Shown: piece after piece, positions 42,341 to 51,920 of the stretch
Layout of the letters: each line of letters opens with the position of its first letter
How positions within the stretch are numbered: the stretch's first letter is position 1
Assembly: GCA_963817955.1 (NCBI GenBank)
Contig: CAWFQK010000004.1
Coordinates: 128,001-192,000, forward strand
Reading direction: 5' to 3'
From: an uncultured Gemmatimonadaceae bacterium
GTDB taxonomy: Bacteria; Gemmatimonadota; Gemmatimonadetes; Gemmatimonadales; Gemmatimonadaceae
DNA: 64,000 bases
Program-made: the position numbers and the translations under genes
The notes under the pieces: generated by a model
Seen by the model: only the letters and a program-made list of their open reading frames with translations
Told to the model about the DNA's origin: nothing
Databases searched by the model: none

Positions 42341-45300
42341 TTACGGCGCGACCGACACGAGAGAGCTGAGCGTGTACACTTTGTTCGTGGCGTCCTTGAA
42401 GGTGAGCGTCACTACGTACGTTCCGGCCTTCGCGTACGTCGCAGCCGGTGTGGCGGACGTAGATGTCGCCCCGTTGCCGAAGGCCCACGAGTACGTGGAC
42501 GCCTTCGTGCCGCTCGCCAACTGCACCGTGTAGCTGCAGGCGAGATGCGTGCACTTCGGCGTGAAGGACACCGGCAACGGGGTCAAGGTGGCGATCGTCA
42601 CGGACTGCGTTTTCGTCGCCGTAGCGCCGTCCGTATCGGTCACCGTGAGCGTCAGCGTGAACGTCCCGGTCTTGGCATAGGTGTGCGAGGCCGTCGCGCC
42701 CACAACCGTCGCGGTCCCGTCACCGAACGACCATTGGACCTTCGCAATGCCGGCGTCGTCGGTTGACGGCGCGGAGCTCGCTTGGCAGATCCTGGCCGTG
42801 CAGGCAACGAGGAGGCCTGCCGTCGGCACCGCATTCTTGACCGTGACCGTCGCCGTCGTGCTACTGGTTTGTCCGCGGGAGTCGCGCACTGTCAACGTCC
42901 CGGTGACCGTCCCGAGCGGGAATGCGAGCGTCACCGTCGGCGTGGTTGCCGCGCCGCCGTGGCTGAACGTCCAGGCGTAGGTCACCGTCCCCGCGTCGTC
43001 GGTGGACGAACGTCCGTCGAAGGTGCAGGACCGGCCGATACAGGAGACCGTCGCCTTGGCGACCGGCCGGTTGTCCTTGACCGAGACCGCGACGATCGCC
43101 GTGTCGGTATGTCTCGCCGAGTCGGTGACGATCAGCTTCGCTGTGTAGGATCCAACCGCGGCGTACCGGTGCGCGACCGAACCGACCGTCTTGGCCGTGG
43201 TCGTCTGCCCGTCGCCAAAGATCCACGTCACACCGGTCACGCCCCAATCGTCGGTCGACGACGCGCTGGAGAACGTGCAGGTGACGACGGTGCAGGTCAC
43301 GCTGCCTTTGGCGACCGGCGGGTTGTCCTTCTTGACCGAGACCGCGACGATCGCCGTGTCGGCATGTCTCGCCGAGTCAGTGACGATCAGCGTCGCCGTG
43401 TAGGATCCAGACGCGGCGTACGTGTGCGCGACCGAACCGACCGTCTTGGCCGTGGTCGTCTGCCCGTCGCCAAAGATCCACGTCACACCGGTCACGCCCC
43501 AATCGTCGGTGGACGACGCGCTGGAGAACGTACAGGTGACGACGGTGCAGGTCACGCTGCCTTTGGCGACCGGCGGCGTATCCGTGAACGTGATCGGCTG
43601 TGTGACCGAATCCGTCTGCAACGCCGAGTCCGTGACGATGAGGCGTGCCCAGGTGGCCGTCGGCGTCGCGAACGTCTTCGAGACCGTCGCGCCGCCGGAC
43701 GTGGCGTTATCGCCAAAGCGCCAGAGGTAGGTCGTGATCGGCAATGAGCTCGTCGTCGTCGAGGCGTTGAGCGAGCACGTGAGACGCGTGCACGACACGG
43801 TGAACTTCGCGGTCGGCGCAAAGGCCGCTGCGGCGACGGTCTTCGTTATCACGTCGCTTTGTTGCGCCGCATCCGTGACCGTCAGCGTCACCGCAAACGC
43901 CCCACTCGTGGCGAAGGTCTTCGTCACCTTCACCCCGGAGGCGGTCGTTTGGTCAGCAAACTGCCAGGCGTAGGTCGCGATGCCCTTGTCGTCGAGCGAG
44001 CCGGACGCGTCGAACGTGCAGACGAGTTTCACGCACGACGTCGTGAAGGTCGCCGTCGGCGGCAGATCGGGCATGATAAAGCCGGTGTAGAGCAACCGGT
44101 TGGGCGAGTTGACGTCGCGCAACGCGGTCAGCTTGCCCGTCGTCGCCTTGCTCGTGATGGCGCTCGTGACCGTCGCCGGTGTCGCGGTCGGATTCGTCTC
44201 GAGATAGAGCGCGGCGGTCCCCGCAACCGCCGGCGCCGCCATGGAGGTTCCGGTGGCGTACATCATCTGCGTGTCGCTGGTGCCCCAGGCGGAGTACACG
44301 TTCGCGCCCGGGGCGAAGATCTTGACGCACTGGCCAACGTTGCTGAATGCGCCCACCGAATCGGCGGACGTCGTCGCACCGACGGTGATGGCGTCGGCCG
44401 AGCGCGCCGGCGAGTATTTACACGCGTCCGTGCTGTTGTTGCCCGCGGCGACGACGACGACGACGCCCGCGACCACGGCGCGATGCACGGCGTCATCCAA
44501 CGCCTGCGAGGCGTCGCCCCCGAGGCTCATGTTGACGACGGCGGGACGCGTCGGGTTGGCCTTGCGGTCGGCGGTGACCCAATCGAGGCCCGCGATCACG
44601 TCGGACCACCAGCCACTCCCATCGCAGCTCAGCACGCGGACGCCGACGAGGGTCGCGGCCCGCGCGACGCCGACGGTGTTGCCGCCGGCCGTCCCGGCCA
44701 CGTGCGTGCCGTGCCCGTTGCAATCGGCCGACGTCCCGTTCGGGGTCACGATATCCGGTCCCGCGACGGCACGACCGCCGAACTGCGCGTGCGTGAGCCG
44801 GATGCCGGTGTCGAGGATGTAGATGCGCGTGCCACGGCCGGTGGCGTAATAGCTGTAGTGCTGATCGAGCGGGAGGCCAACCTGATCGATGCGGTCGAGG
44901 TTCCAGCCAGGCGCGTTCTGCACGCTCAAACCCGGCGTACCCGTTGTGCTCGTCGTACCCGTCGCGTGCCGTTCCACGATCGTCGCGTGCGCATGGCCAT
45001 CCGCCTCGATGTACGCGACGCGCGGATCGCGGCGGAGCAGCGCGGCATCGTCAGCCGTCAAATCGGCGCGGAAGCCGCGCAACGCCTCCGTGTAGACCGG
45101 GCCCGTCGCATCGGCGCTCGTCGGGGCCGCGCTGATCGCGCGCGAGAACGACGCACCGCTCGCGGGCAGCGTCAGCCCACGGCCCGCGGCCGTCATCGCG
45201 CGCAGGGTCCGAGCAGCGGTCGGCACGTCGCGCACCGAGTCAGCGAAGACGACGATGTAGCGCGTGGTCAGCGAGGTCGCCGCCGGCGTCGTCACCGGCG

Positions 45301-45511
45301 CGGCGACGGGGCGATGCGTGATTTCAGTTGGGACGTCGCTACAGGCGGCGACGGCGACCGCGAAAGCGGGCGCGACCCGCACGAAGGTGCGAAGCGCGGC
45401 GCCGAAGAGAGGACGGATCGAGGTGATCGGAGAGCGCGCAACGGAGGAAACGGATGAACGCTGGTCGCCGCGCACATGCGACAGGCGACCTTGAGCGTCG
45501 AAGAAGCCCAT
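42341..45511 (-). CDS. S8 subtilase lipoprotein with I9-like prodomain and seven PKD domains
   Basis: Lipobox AVAAC; catalytic DTG, HGTHVAG, GTSMAAP; repeated W-FGDG...LTVTD modules; start uncertain (ORF open to 45700). Confidence 0.92.
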   Translation of the reverse strand: MGFFDAQGRLSHVRGDQRSSVSSVARSPITSIRPLFGAALRTFVRVAPAFAVAVAACSDVPTEITHRPVAAPVTTPAATSLTTRYIVVFADSVRDVPTAARTLRAMTAAGRGLTLPASGASFSRAISAAPTSADATGPVYTEALRGFRADLTADDAALLRRDPRVAYIEADGHAHATIVERHATGTTSTTGTPGLSVQNAPGWNLDRIDQVGLPLDQHYSYYATGRGTRIYILDTGIRLTHAQFGGRAVAGPDIVTPNGTSADCNGHGTHVAGTAGGNTVGVARAATLVGVRVLSCDGSGWWSDVIAGLDWVTADRKANPTRPAVVNMSLGGDASQALDDAVHRAVVAGVVVVVAAGNNSTDACKYSPARSADAITVGATTSADSVGAFSNVGQCVKIFAPGANVYSAWGTSDTQMMYATGTSMAAPAVAGTAALYLETNPTATPATVTSAITSKATTGKLTALRDVNSPNRLLYTGFIMPDLPPTATFTTSCVKLVCTFDASGSLDDKGIATYAWQFADQTTASGVKVTKTFATSGAFAVTLTVTDAAQQSDVITKTVAAAAFAPTAKFTVSCTRLTCSLNASTTTSSLPITTYLWRFGDNATSGGATVSKTFATPTATWARLIVTDSALQTDSVTQPITFTDTPPVAKGSVTCTVVTCTFSSASSTDDWGVTGVTWIFGDGQTTTAKTVGSVAHTYAASGSYTATLIVTDSARHADTAIVAVSVKKDNPPVAKGSVTCTVVTCTFSSASSTDDWGVTGVTWIFGDGQTTTAKTVGSVAHRYAAVGSYTAKLIVTDSARHTDTAIVAVSVKDNRPVAKATVSCIGRSCTFDGRSSTDDAGTVTYAWTFSHGGAATTPTVTLAFPLGTVTGTLTVRDSRGQTSSTTATVTVKNAVPTAGLLVACTARICQASSAPSTDDAGIAKVQWSFGDGTATVVGATASHTYAKTGTFTLTLTVTDTDGATATKTQSVTIATLTPLPVSFTPKCTHLACSYTVQLASGTKASTYSWAFGNGATSTSATPAATYAKAGTYVVTLTFKDATNKVYTLSSLVSVAP
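43076..43576. repeat. Near-identical tandem duplication of one PKD-coding unit (255-bp period)
   Basis: 43076-43321 versus 43331-43576. Confidence 0.92.
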
Positions 45512-45941
45512 GTCTTGTGTGTCCCCGCGGCCTTCGAGCGAGGCCGCTGATCGATCGTGACGCCGCGGTGGGCACAGGAGCCGAGCTGAGTGCTGGCCGC
45601 TCACCGAAGCGTGCCGGGCCTGGGCGACAGCACCACCCGTCATGGCCTGACCCAACGCAGTGTCGGCCGGCCCGGCGGTGCGATCGATCACACGGGCCAT
45701 AATCTGTAATAGAATGTGACAGTCTGCTCAGCATTGGCCATTCAGGCGATGCCAGTCTTCCCTGTGCATCGAGTGAAATATTCACGAGTATAACGAGCGT
45801 ATTCTCGTCATGAGGCGCCAACGAGTATTTGCACACCCGGCGCCGGCATGCTGAAATGGGCAACGGTTGCGCACGGTCTGGAACCACTCTTCGAGCATGC
45901 CGACGTGGCAGTGGCGGCCGGCCGGCCGCGACCGTGAGCCC

Positions 45942-46120
45942 CTTCCGGGATTGGGATGTGGCGCCCATGATAGTATGGTGTTCTCATTAGAAAACCAGCG
46001 ATAGCGGACCGGACCACATACGCGACGATCCTGGGGCCACTGCCACGGCAGTGGGCTGGGGCCTCGCTCCCCGATGATGAAAATCTTCTAATCTTTCCCC
46101 ACCCATTCTGAGGCCGGAAG
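45942..46120. repeat. 179-bp non-coding element, copy 1
   Basis: CTTCCGG...CCGGAAG termini; about 75% identical to 47150-47328 by manual alignment. Confidence 0.88.
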
Positions 46121-46306
46121 CTCCCAGCCTTCTCATCTTTCCCGCCTACTTGCTATAGAGTCGGAAGACGCACGACCTTCGAGTCAAGTTCGCGCACGTC
46201 CCGACCGATGATTGCGGGGGGATTCCAGTCTGGTGCCAGGCTGGTACCTCAATCCCTGCGAACTATTCCGCCGGGACGAATCCGCCGCTCTTGTGCACCC
46301 TCCGCC

Positions 46307-47071
46307 ATGCCCACCGTATCTCCCGCTCCCCCGCGCTCCTCGCTGCGCGTCTCGCTGCGTTCCTCCCTGCGCTCCTCGCTCGCTCGCACCTTCGCCGCCA
46401 TCGGCCTGTTGGCCATGGGCGTGGTGGCGTGCAGCGGAAGCCCGATGGGCCCGGATGGGCCACCACTGCCGCCCTTCCACCCGCCTCACACGCTCAGCCA
46501 ACTGAAGTTTGCCCCGGACAGCCTCGCGCTCGACAAGGGTGGGCAGGGCCAAGTGACACTGGTCGGGTTCTATGCCGACGGGGCCATATTGCCCATCGCC
46601 GACGCGTCCTGGCTGGTCGGCGATACGTCCATCGTTCGCCTCGACTCGGCCACCCATCAGGCCACGGGGCGCCGTGGTGGCCAGACGACGATTGTGGCAA
46701 CCAAAGATGGGGTCAATGCAACGCTGCAGGTCACGGTCGTCGCCCCGTTCTTCATCTACGTGTCGCCCGGCGCAGATTGTATGCGGCTGGTTTTCCCGGG
46801 CCTGCAGGATTCCGCCTGGGTCATCGACACGAAGACGCGTCTCCGGTTGCCGGACCGCCCCGTCACGTCCTGGCGCTCGTCGGACTCGACGGTCATGGCC
46901 GTCGATCAGACGGGGTTCATGACGCCACACCACGCGGGCGTGGCCAACATCATCGCGGAAGTCGATGGCGAGATCGGCATGAATTACAACGTCGTCGATC
47001 CGGCGCCGTTGGGTACACCGATGACCTGCACCGGGCTCTTCTCATCTTCCGCTCCCGCACGCAAACCATGA
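46307..47071 (+). CDS. Lipoprotein with two Ig-like (Big_2-like) domains
   Basis: Lipobox VVAC; W-SSD-TV--VDQTG and G-TTIVAT patterns. Confidence 0.75.
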   Translation: MPTVSPAPPRSSLRVSLRSSLRSSLARTFAAIGLLAMGVVACSGSPMGPDGPPLPPFHPPHTLSQLKFAPDSLALDKGGQGQVTLVGFYADGAILPIADASWLVGDTSIVRLDSATHQATGRRGGQTTIVATKDGVNATLQVTVVAPFFIYVSPGADCMRLVFPGLQDSAWVIDTKTRLRLPDRPVTSWRSSDSTVMAVDQTGFMTPHHAGVANIIAEVDGEIGMNYNVVDPAPLGTPMTCTGLFSSSAPARKP

Positions 47072-47149
47072 CAGGGCGACTGGGCCAGTGCGCCGAAAAC
47101 CGGGCGGCGGGCAATCCGCTGGCATCGGGGGTGCCGAGCGAATCTGGGT

Positions 47150-47328
47150 CTTCCGGGATTGGAGTAGGTCGCCCGGCATAGTAGGTCTCTTCATTGTGAG
47201 AACCAGGGATGGAGGACCGGGCGCTCTACGCAACGATCCAAGGGATCTACTGCCACCGCGGTGGGCTGGACCGCGATCCCCGATAATGAGAATCTTCTCA
47301 TCTTTCTCACTCACTATCAAGCCGGAAG
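47150..47328. repeat. 179-bp non-coding element, copy 2
   Basis: Terminal IR extends to TGGGTCTTCCGG / CCGGAAGACCCA; homologous to 45942-46120. Confidence 0.88.
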
Positions 47329-47521
47329 ACCCAAGGATTCCACCACATCTTGCGTCGCGCTTGACGTGGCTGGCTCAGTCTTCCTTCTTCATGGGCGGTG
47401 CCTCCTTTTCGTGCCGGGATTCTCCCCGGGGGGGATTAGTCTCACCCGAGAAGGTGTCACGACCTTCCGTCTATTCTTCCGTCTATTTCCACACCTTTTC
47501 ACAGTAGCTCAGTCGAACCTC

Positions 47522-48826
47522 GTGATCACCGAATCTGACGCTGTCGCCTCTGGCGACTGCAACGCGACGGTCGATGCCGCAACGGCTCGCGCCGATGCCA
47601 TGCGACTCACCGATGCGCGCGCGGGGGTGGTCGTCGCGGACGAAGCGGCAGCACTCGCTCGGGCCCACGGCTATCGCCTTGGTGAGGCGCGCGCCTTGCG
47701 CGCCGGAGCGGTATGCCGGTCGCGTCTCCTGGATGTCCAGCGCGCTCTGGAACACGCCACGACAGCCGCGACGATCTTTGCCCAACTCGGCGAGGGTCGG
47801 GAGCGCGCCGCAACGCTCAACGCGATCGGTCGTCTGCACCTACAGCGTGGAGATTGCGCGGAAGCCGCTCGCTTCCACGTCGCCGCCCTCGAGCTGCAAC
47901 GTGATCTGCTCGACACCGCCGGTGAGGCCGAAACGCGGACCGCGCTTGGCGCCGTTCATTTCGCCGCTGGCGAAATCGCACCTGCGATCGATCAGTTTCG
48001 GGTGAGCCACGATCTATTCGAGGCGCTTGGCGATACCCGTGGCGTGATGATGGCCATGATGGACATCGGGTCCGCGCTCGGATCGGCCGGACAGGTTCGT
48101 GAAGGGCTCGCGTATCACGAGCGCGCCCTGGACTACGCCCTCCATTGCTCGAATGTTGAGCACGCCGCTATCGCGCACAACAACATTGGGTATGGGCACG
48201 CCAGGCTCGGTGACCGGGACACCGCGCTCATGCACTATCAGACATCGCTCACGCTCGCACGTTCCGCCGGCAACGTCGAGGGGGAGGTTGCGTTTCTCGA
48301 GAACATTGGGCTTCTGAAATCGGACGCCGGGGACATTGAAGGCGCGCTCGCGATCTTTCGTCAAGTAGCCGACATGAGCGACGAGAGCCAGCTCCGGGTT
48401 CACCAAGCCGAAGCCAAACTGCGCACGGGTGAGCTGTTGGCGCGCGTCGGGCAGTATGACTCCGCGCTGATCACGTTGCATGCCGCGCTCGACCTGAACG
48501 GAGAAACGGGCGCACGGCAGCAACTGGGGGACATTCACCACGCGCTCGTGGCAGTGCATGAAGCGCTCGACGAGCCGGCGCTCGCCTTGCGCCATTTCAA
48601 GCTGTTTTACGATGTGCGCGAAGAACTGCGTGGGGCGGACGCCGAGCGCCGCGTGCTCAGTGTCATGATCCAGTCCGAGGTGCGCGAAAAGGAACGAGAG
48701 GCAACCTTGCTCCGTGAGCGCAACGCGGCGCTCGATGCTGCGAACCAGGAGAAGGCTCGCCTCCTGGCCCAACTCGAAGAACAGGCCGCGGAGCTCGATC
48801 GATTAGGGCGTGTGATGGAGTATTGA
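47522..48826 (+). CDS. Tetratricopeptide repeat protein ending in a coiled coil (appears C-terminally truncated)
   Basis: Repeated LNAIG/NNIG/ENIG TPR helices; start uncertain (ORF open from 47261). Confidence 0.82.
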   Translation: MITESDAVASGDCNATVDAATARADAMRLTDARAGVVVADEAAALARAHGYRLGEARALRAGAVCRSRLLDVQRALEHATTAATIFAQLGEGRERAATLNAIGRLHLQRGDCAEAARFHVAALELQRDLLDTAGEAETRTALGAVHFAAGEIAPAIDQFRVSHDLFEALGDTRGVMMAMMDIGSALGSAGQVREGLAYHERALDYALHCSNVEHAAIAHNNIGYGHARLGDRDTALMHYQTSLTLARSAGNVEGEVAFLENIGLLKSDAGDIEGALAIFRQVADMSDESQLRVHQAEAKLRTGELLARVGQYDSALITLHAALDLNGETGARQQLGDIHHALVAVHEALDEPALALRHFKLFYDVREELRGADAERRVLSVMIQSEVREKEREATLLRERNAALDAANQEKARLLAQLEEQAAELDRLGRVMEY

Positions 48827-48991
48827 GTAGCGCGATGACTTTCGGCAACATGAGACAGGCGGAGGCGAGATAGTGCAGACCGGCCAGGGTCTCGGGCAAT
48901 CGCTAGAAATCGCGTGCGAGCCGACGAAAGCGCGCCATCCACGCGTAGCTGCGTTCCACCAGCGCGGGCCGACAGCGACGACGATGCGCCT

Positions 48992-49348
48992 ATGCCCGAA
49001 TTGACGCCAACGACTCCGCTGCAAGTGGCCATCTCCAAACGCGCCTTCAATGCGATCGATATGGATCGCCTGCGCGCTCGGCTGGTGGCGATGGGATCGG
49101 CGCGGACACGATTCGAATCCAACGAGCGGCACGCGGGCATCGGGGATGTCCGGCTTACCTGCCCCGTACTCATCGCGACAGGAATTGTCGACGAGCTCCG
49201 GGTGTGCGCGGGTGAAGCTGAAGTGCGCCACGACTCGGCGACGCTCATCGCCTGCGCCGAAGCTGTCGCGGCAATCTTCCGGGCGATGGATGAGGAGAGA
49301 GATCGGCCCGCGTGGGCGGGTTGGCAAACGCGCCCTGCGCCGAAGTAG
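48992..49348 (+). CDS. Hypothetical protein
   Basis: ORF with plausible composition; no recognised motif. Confidence 0.5.
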   Translation: MPELTPTTPLQVAISKRAFNAIDMDRLRARLVAMGSARTRFESNERHAGIGDVRLTCPVLIATGIVDELRVCAGEAEVRHDSATLIACAEAVAAIFRAMDEERDRPAWAGWQTRPAPK

Positions 49349-49444
49349 AGGGTCATGCCAGGGCGGCCCGACCCGTTCGACCGCTCCGAGCGCATTGTCA
49401 CCGCCTGGGTTCGCTCCCGACGCCTCGTCATCGTGTCTGTTGGG

Positions 49445-49657
49445 TCAGTCATCGCGCCTGATTACGCATGACATGACAGTCCTATAAATCTCGTCAAGCG
49501 CGGCGCGCGTCAATTCAGTCAATGCGATGACCCCACACTCGCACTGGCCCGCCTCACCGAGCAATTGTAGGCGGTGGTCGTGATTGAGCGAGATGATGCA
49601 AGGCGCGCAAACGACGGGTGCGCCGCAGCACTGGCAGGTGGTCGTCGGAGTGTCCAT
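49445..49657 (-). CDS. Small Cys-rich hypothetical protein
   Basis: CQCC, CAPC, CEC in 70 aa. Confidence 0.45.
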   Translation of the reverse strand: MDTPTTTCQCCGAPVVCAPCIISLNHDHRLQLLGEAGQCECGVIALTELTRAALDEIYRTVMSCVIRRDD

Positions 49658-50295
49658 GTGGCGAGCCTACCCGGCGGCCGCGTCTCGGGTCTGCTCGGCG
49701 CCGCCACGCGTCGTGGATCGGGACCATGGCGCGCGGTCGTACGAGTTACGAGCATGGCACAAGGCTTGGTCTGCGCATCGGCCATGCACGCCAGGGAGAT
49801 CGCGCATCTGAAACGGCCGCGCACCGGCGGACATCGGGGGACGATCCAAACGGCGCCGCGAAATGCGCGCCTCTCGACGCGCCGGGCGACTCGCGACGGT
49901 CTCCCATTCACGTATCGGAGGGAGCATGCGACGAGATGGCGCGATGGATCGGATGCGGCGTCTGGGGCGTGGTCGTCGCAGCGGGATCCCTCGCCTGGCG
50001 TCTGCCGGGCACGACTGCGCGATGCTGACTCTCGGGCACGACGAGGCGGGCCGGCTAGTATCAGTCGGCGCGATCGATGACATCGACCAAATCGACTGAA
50101 CCGTGGACGAGGATGGCGAGTACAGATATGCCTGTTCATTCGGCGGGGATCCCTCGCCTGTAGTGATCCGGGCCGGGTCGCTCGCGGGCGGCGGCCGTGA
50201 ACCGGTCTGGGTGTCTTCCGGTTAGCGCCAGTGGACCGGGCAGCCGCCGGCAAGGGGGGAGGCCACATTCGGGCCGGCCGGCGCGGGATCCCCGA

Positions 50296-50490
50296 TTAGG
50301 CCGCGCTCTTCCGCGCGGCCATTCCGGCGTCGGCGCGCCGCGCGTCGATGAGCTCCGGGTCGGTCACCGCCGTCACCTCGAGCTCGACGCGGGGGTTGGC
50401 GCGATCGTAGCGCCGCTCGCCGGCACGCGCGCGCACCTGGCCATCGTCCGCCCAGAATCCGGCGTGCGTGAGGGCGTTCCAAAGCGCCTT
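50296..50490 (-). pseudogene. RusA-like Holliday junction resolvase C-terminal remnant
   Basis: KALWNALTHAGFWADDGQV...RYDRANPRVELEV resembles RusA K---DAL--AG---DD-QV; DxDN catalytic motif absent. Confidence 0.65.
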
Positions 50491-50655
50491 GCCGTCCGGG
50501 GTGCCGAGCCGACGGGAAGGCTGGATACGCTCTGAGTCGAACTCGGCGCTTTCCTGGATGGGATGCAGAGCCCAGAGGTAGCCCACGCGATCGCGCGCAG
50601 CTGCGCGGCCACGCCGGAGGAAATGGGGCGCGCGGCGTTATCCCTTCCTCATGCC

Positions 50656-50696
50656 CGCATAGGCCCCCCAGTCGGTCGAAATGGGGGGCCTATGCG
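50656..50696. repeat. Perfect 15-bp inverted repeat beside the iteron cluster
   Basis: CGCATAGGCCCCCCA-11 nt-TGGGGGGCCTATGCG. Confidence 0.9.
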
Positions 50697-50723
50697 ATGC
50701 GTACGAGGGTCGGTTTTCGGGGA

Positions 50724-50999
50724 GGAACACGGTGTTCCAGGTGTGTTCCATTTGGTGTTCCGTGTTAAGTCAATGGTATATAGAGATATAGATACTCATG
50801 GAGAGTGGAACACCTGGAACACCCTTTTAGCCCCTACGCGTGACGCGCAAGGGACATGGGCGCCGATTGCGCGACATTCTCTCCAAAAGAAATACACGTC
50901 CCGATGTTCAAGAAGGTGTTCCACCCAACGGCATGGGCCTAAACATCATAGAGGCCAATGACTTATGGTGGAACACCCGCGGTGTCCGCCCGGTGTTCC
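50724..50999. other. Iteron cluster / putative replication origin
   Basis: Nine exact GTGTTCC/GGAACAC heptamers in both orientations around AT-rich TATATAGAGATATAGATA. Confidence 0.7.
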
Positions 51000-51106
51000 G
51001 TTGGGCTCCAAAGCCCGGTGTCGAACTGCAAAATGACTCGCTCGATCTTGTGCTCTGCGTTTGCAGTGCCTGGCGACCACCCCTGCTCGCCGGGTAAGAT
51101 GGTCGC

Positions 51107-51865
51107 ATGCCCTCTCAGTCACCTCCCGTCTTGAGCGACATTGCCGAAGCACTCTCGCAGGTCATCGGAGTGCTCCCTCCAGGTGATCTGTCGTCCCCGG
51201 AGTACGCGGCATGGTCCACCACCAGACTGGCCTTCTCTGCAGGACTTCTGGAGAGCGCCTTCACACGCATTGGATGGCTCGCCGCTTACGTCGGCGGCGG
51301 CGTGCTCCAGTTCCACTTGGGTGGGGAGGGTTACCAGACTGGGGACCTCGACATGGTTGTCGCTCAGCGCACGGGGCTCCCCGTCCCTCGTTCCACGCTT
51401 AACGACGTGATGCACCGCCTGGGCGGCCGACCGAGCGGTGCACGCCACTGGACCTTCGGGAGTGCCCCTGCCGAGCTACTCATAGAGATTCCCAACAGCG
51501 ACCTTCCGCTCGATACCGACCGCGTTGCATTGCCCGGCGACCTAATGCTCACGATGGATTCAGTCGAGCATGTCATCACGGGCCGGATCATCGAGTTTCA
51601 TAACACCGGCAACGCCGACCACGCGCTGCAGGCCATTCACGCGCTGCGCGCTCTCCGTGGTCGCCTGGACCACGCACGGCTCCAACGGTGTATAGCGAAG
51701 GAGAACGTCGTCGAGGCGAGCAACATCATCATGGCGCTGGTGGATCGCCCGGGGCAGATCACCACCGAGTTACTAGCGTACGCGCATGAGATGCTCCGGG
51801 GCCAGAAGCGCTGGTGTGATCTGCGCGACCCGCAATGCGGCCCCGTTGGGCGGCGCCGCCGATAA
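51107..51865 (+). CDS. Putative Pol-beta-superfamily nucleotidyltransferase (AbiEii/DUF6036-like)
   Basis: VGGG...YQTGDLD matches the GG...T-D-D motif; intact 252-aa ORF. Confidence 0.7.
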   Translation: MPSQSPPVLSDIAEALSQVIGVLPPGDLSSPEYAAWSTTRLAFSAGLLESAFTRIGWLAAYVGGGVLQFHLGGEGYQTGDLDMVVAQRTGLPVPRSTLNDVMHRLGGRPSGARHWTFGSAPAELLIEIPNSDLPLDTDRVALPGDLMLTMDSVEHVITGRIIEFHNTGNADHALQAIHALRALRGRLDHARLQRCIAKENVVEASNIIMALVDRPGQITTELLAYAHEMLRGQKRWCDLRDPQCGPVGRRRR

Positions 51866-51920
51866 CGCTTCGATAACGCTTATAGTACAAATGACGGTCA
51901 CTTCCTGACTCCTTGTTCAA

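Noticed and set aside
45773..45785. GTGAA-ata-TTCAC as a Rex site upstream of the subtilase
   Set aside because: Spacer is 3 rather than 4 nt and the outer TT/AA are missing; may be some other operator
45942..47328. 179-bp elements as classical integron attC sites
   Set aside because: No RYYYAAC/GTTRRRY ends and no IntI in the window; kept as an unknown element instead
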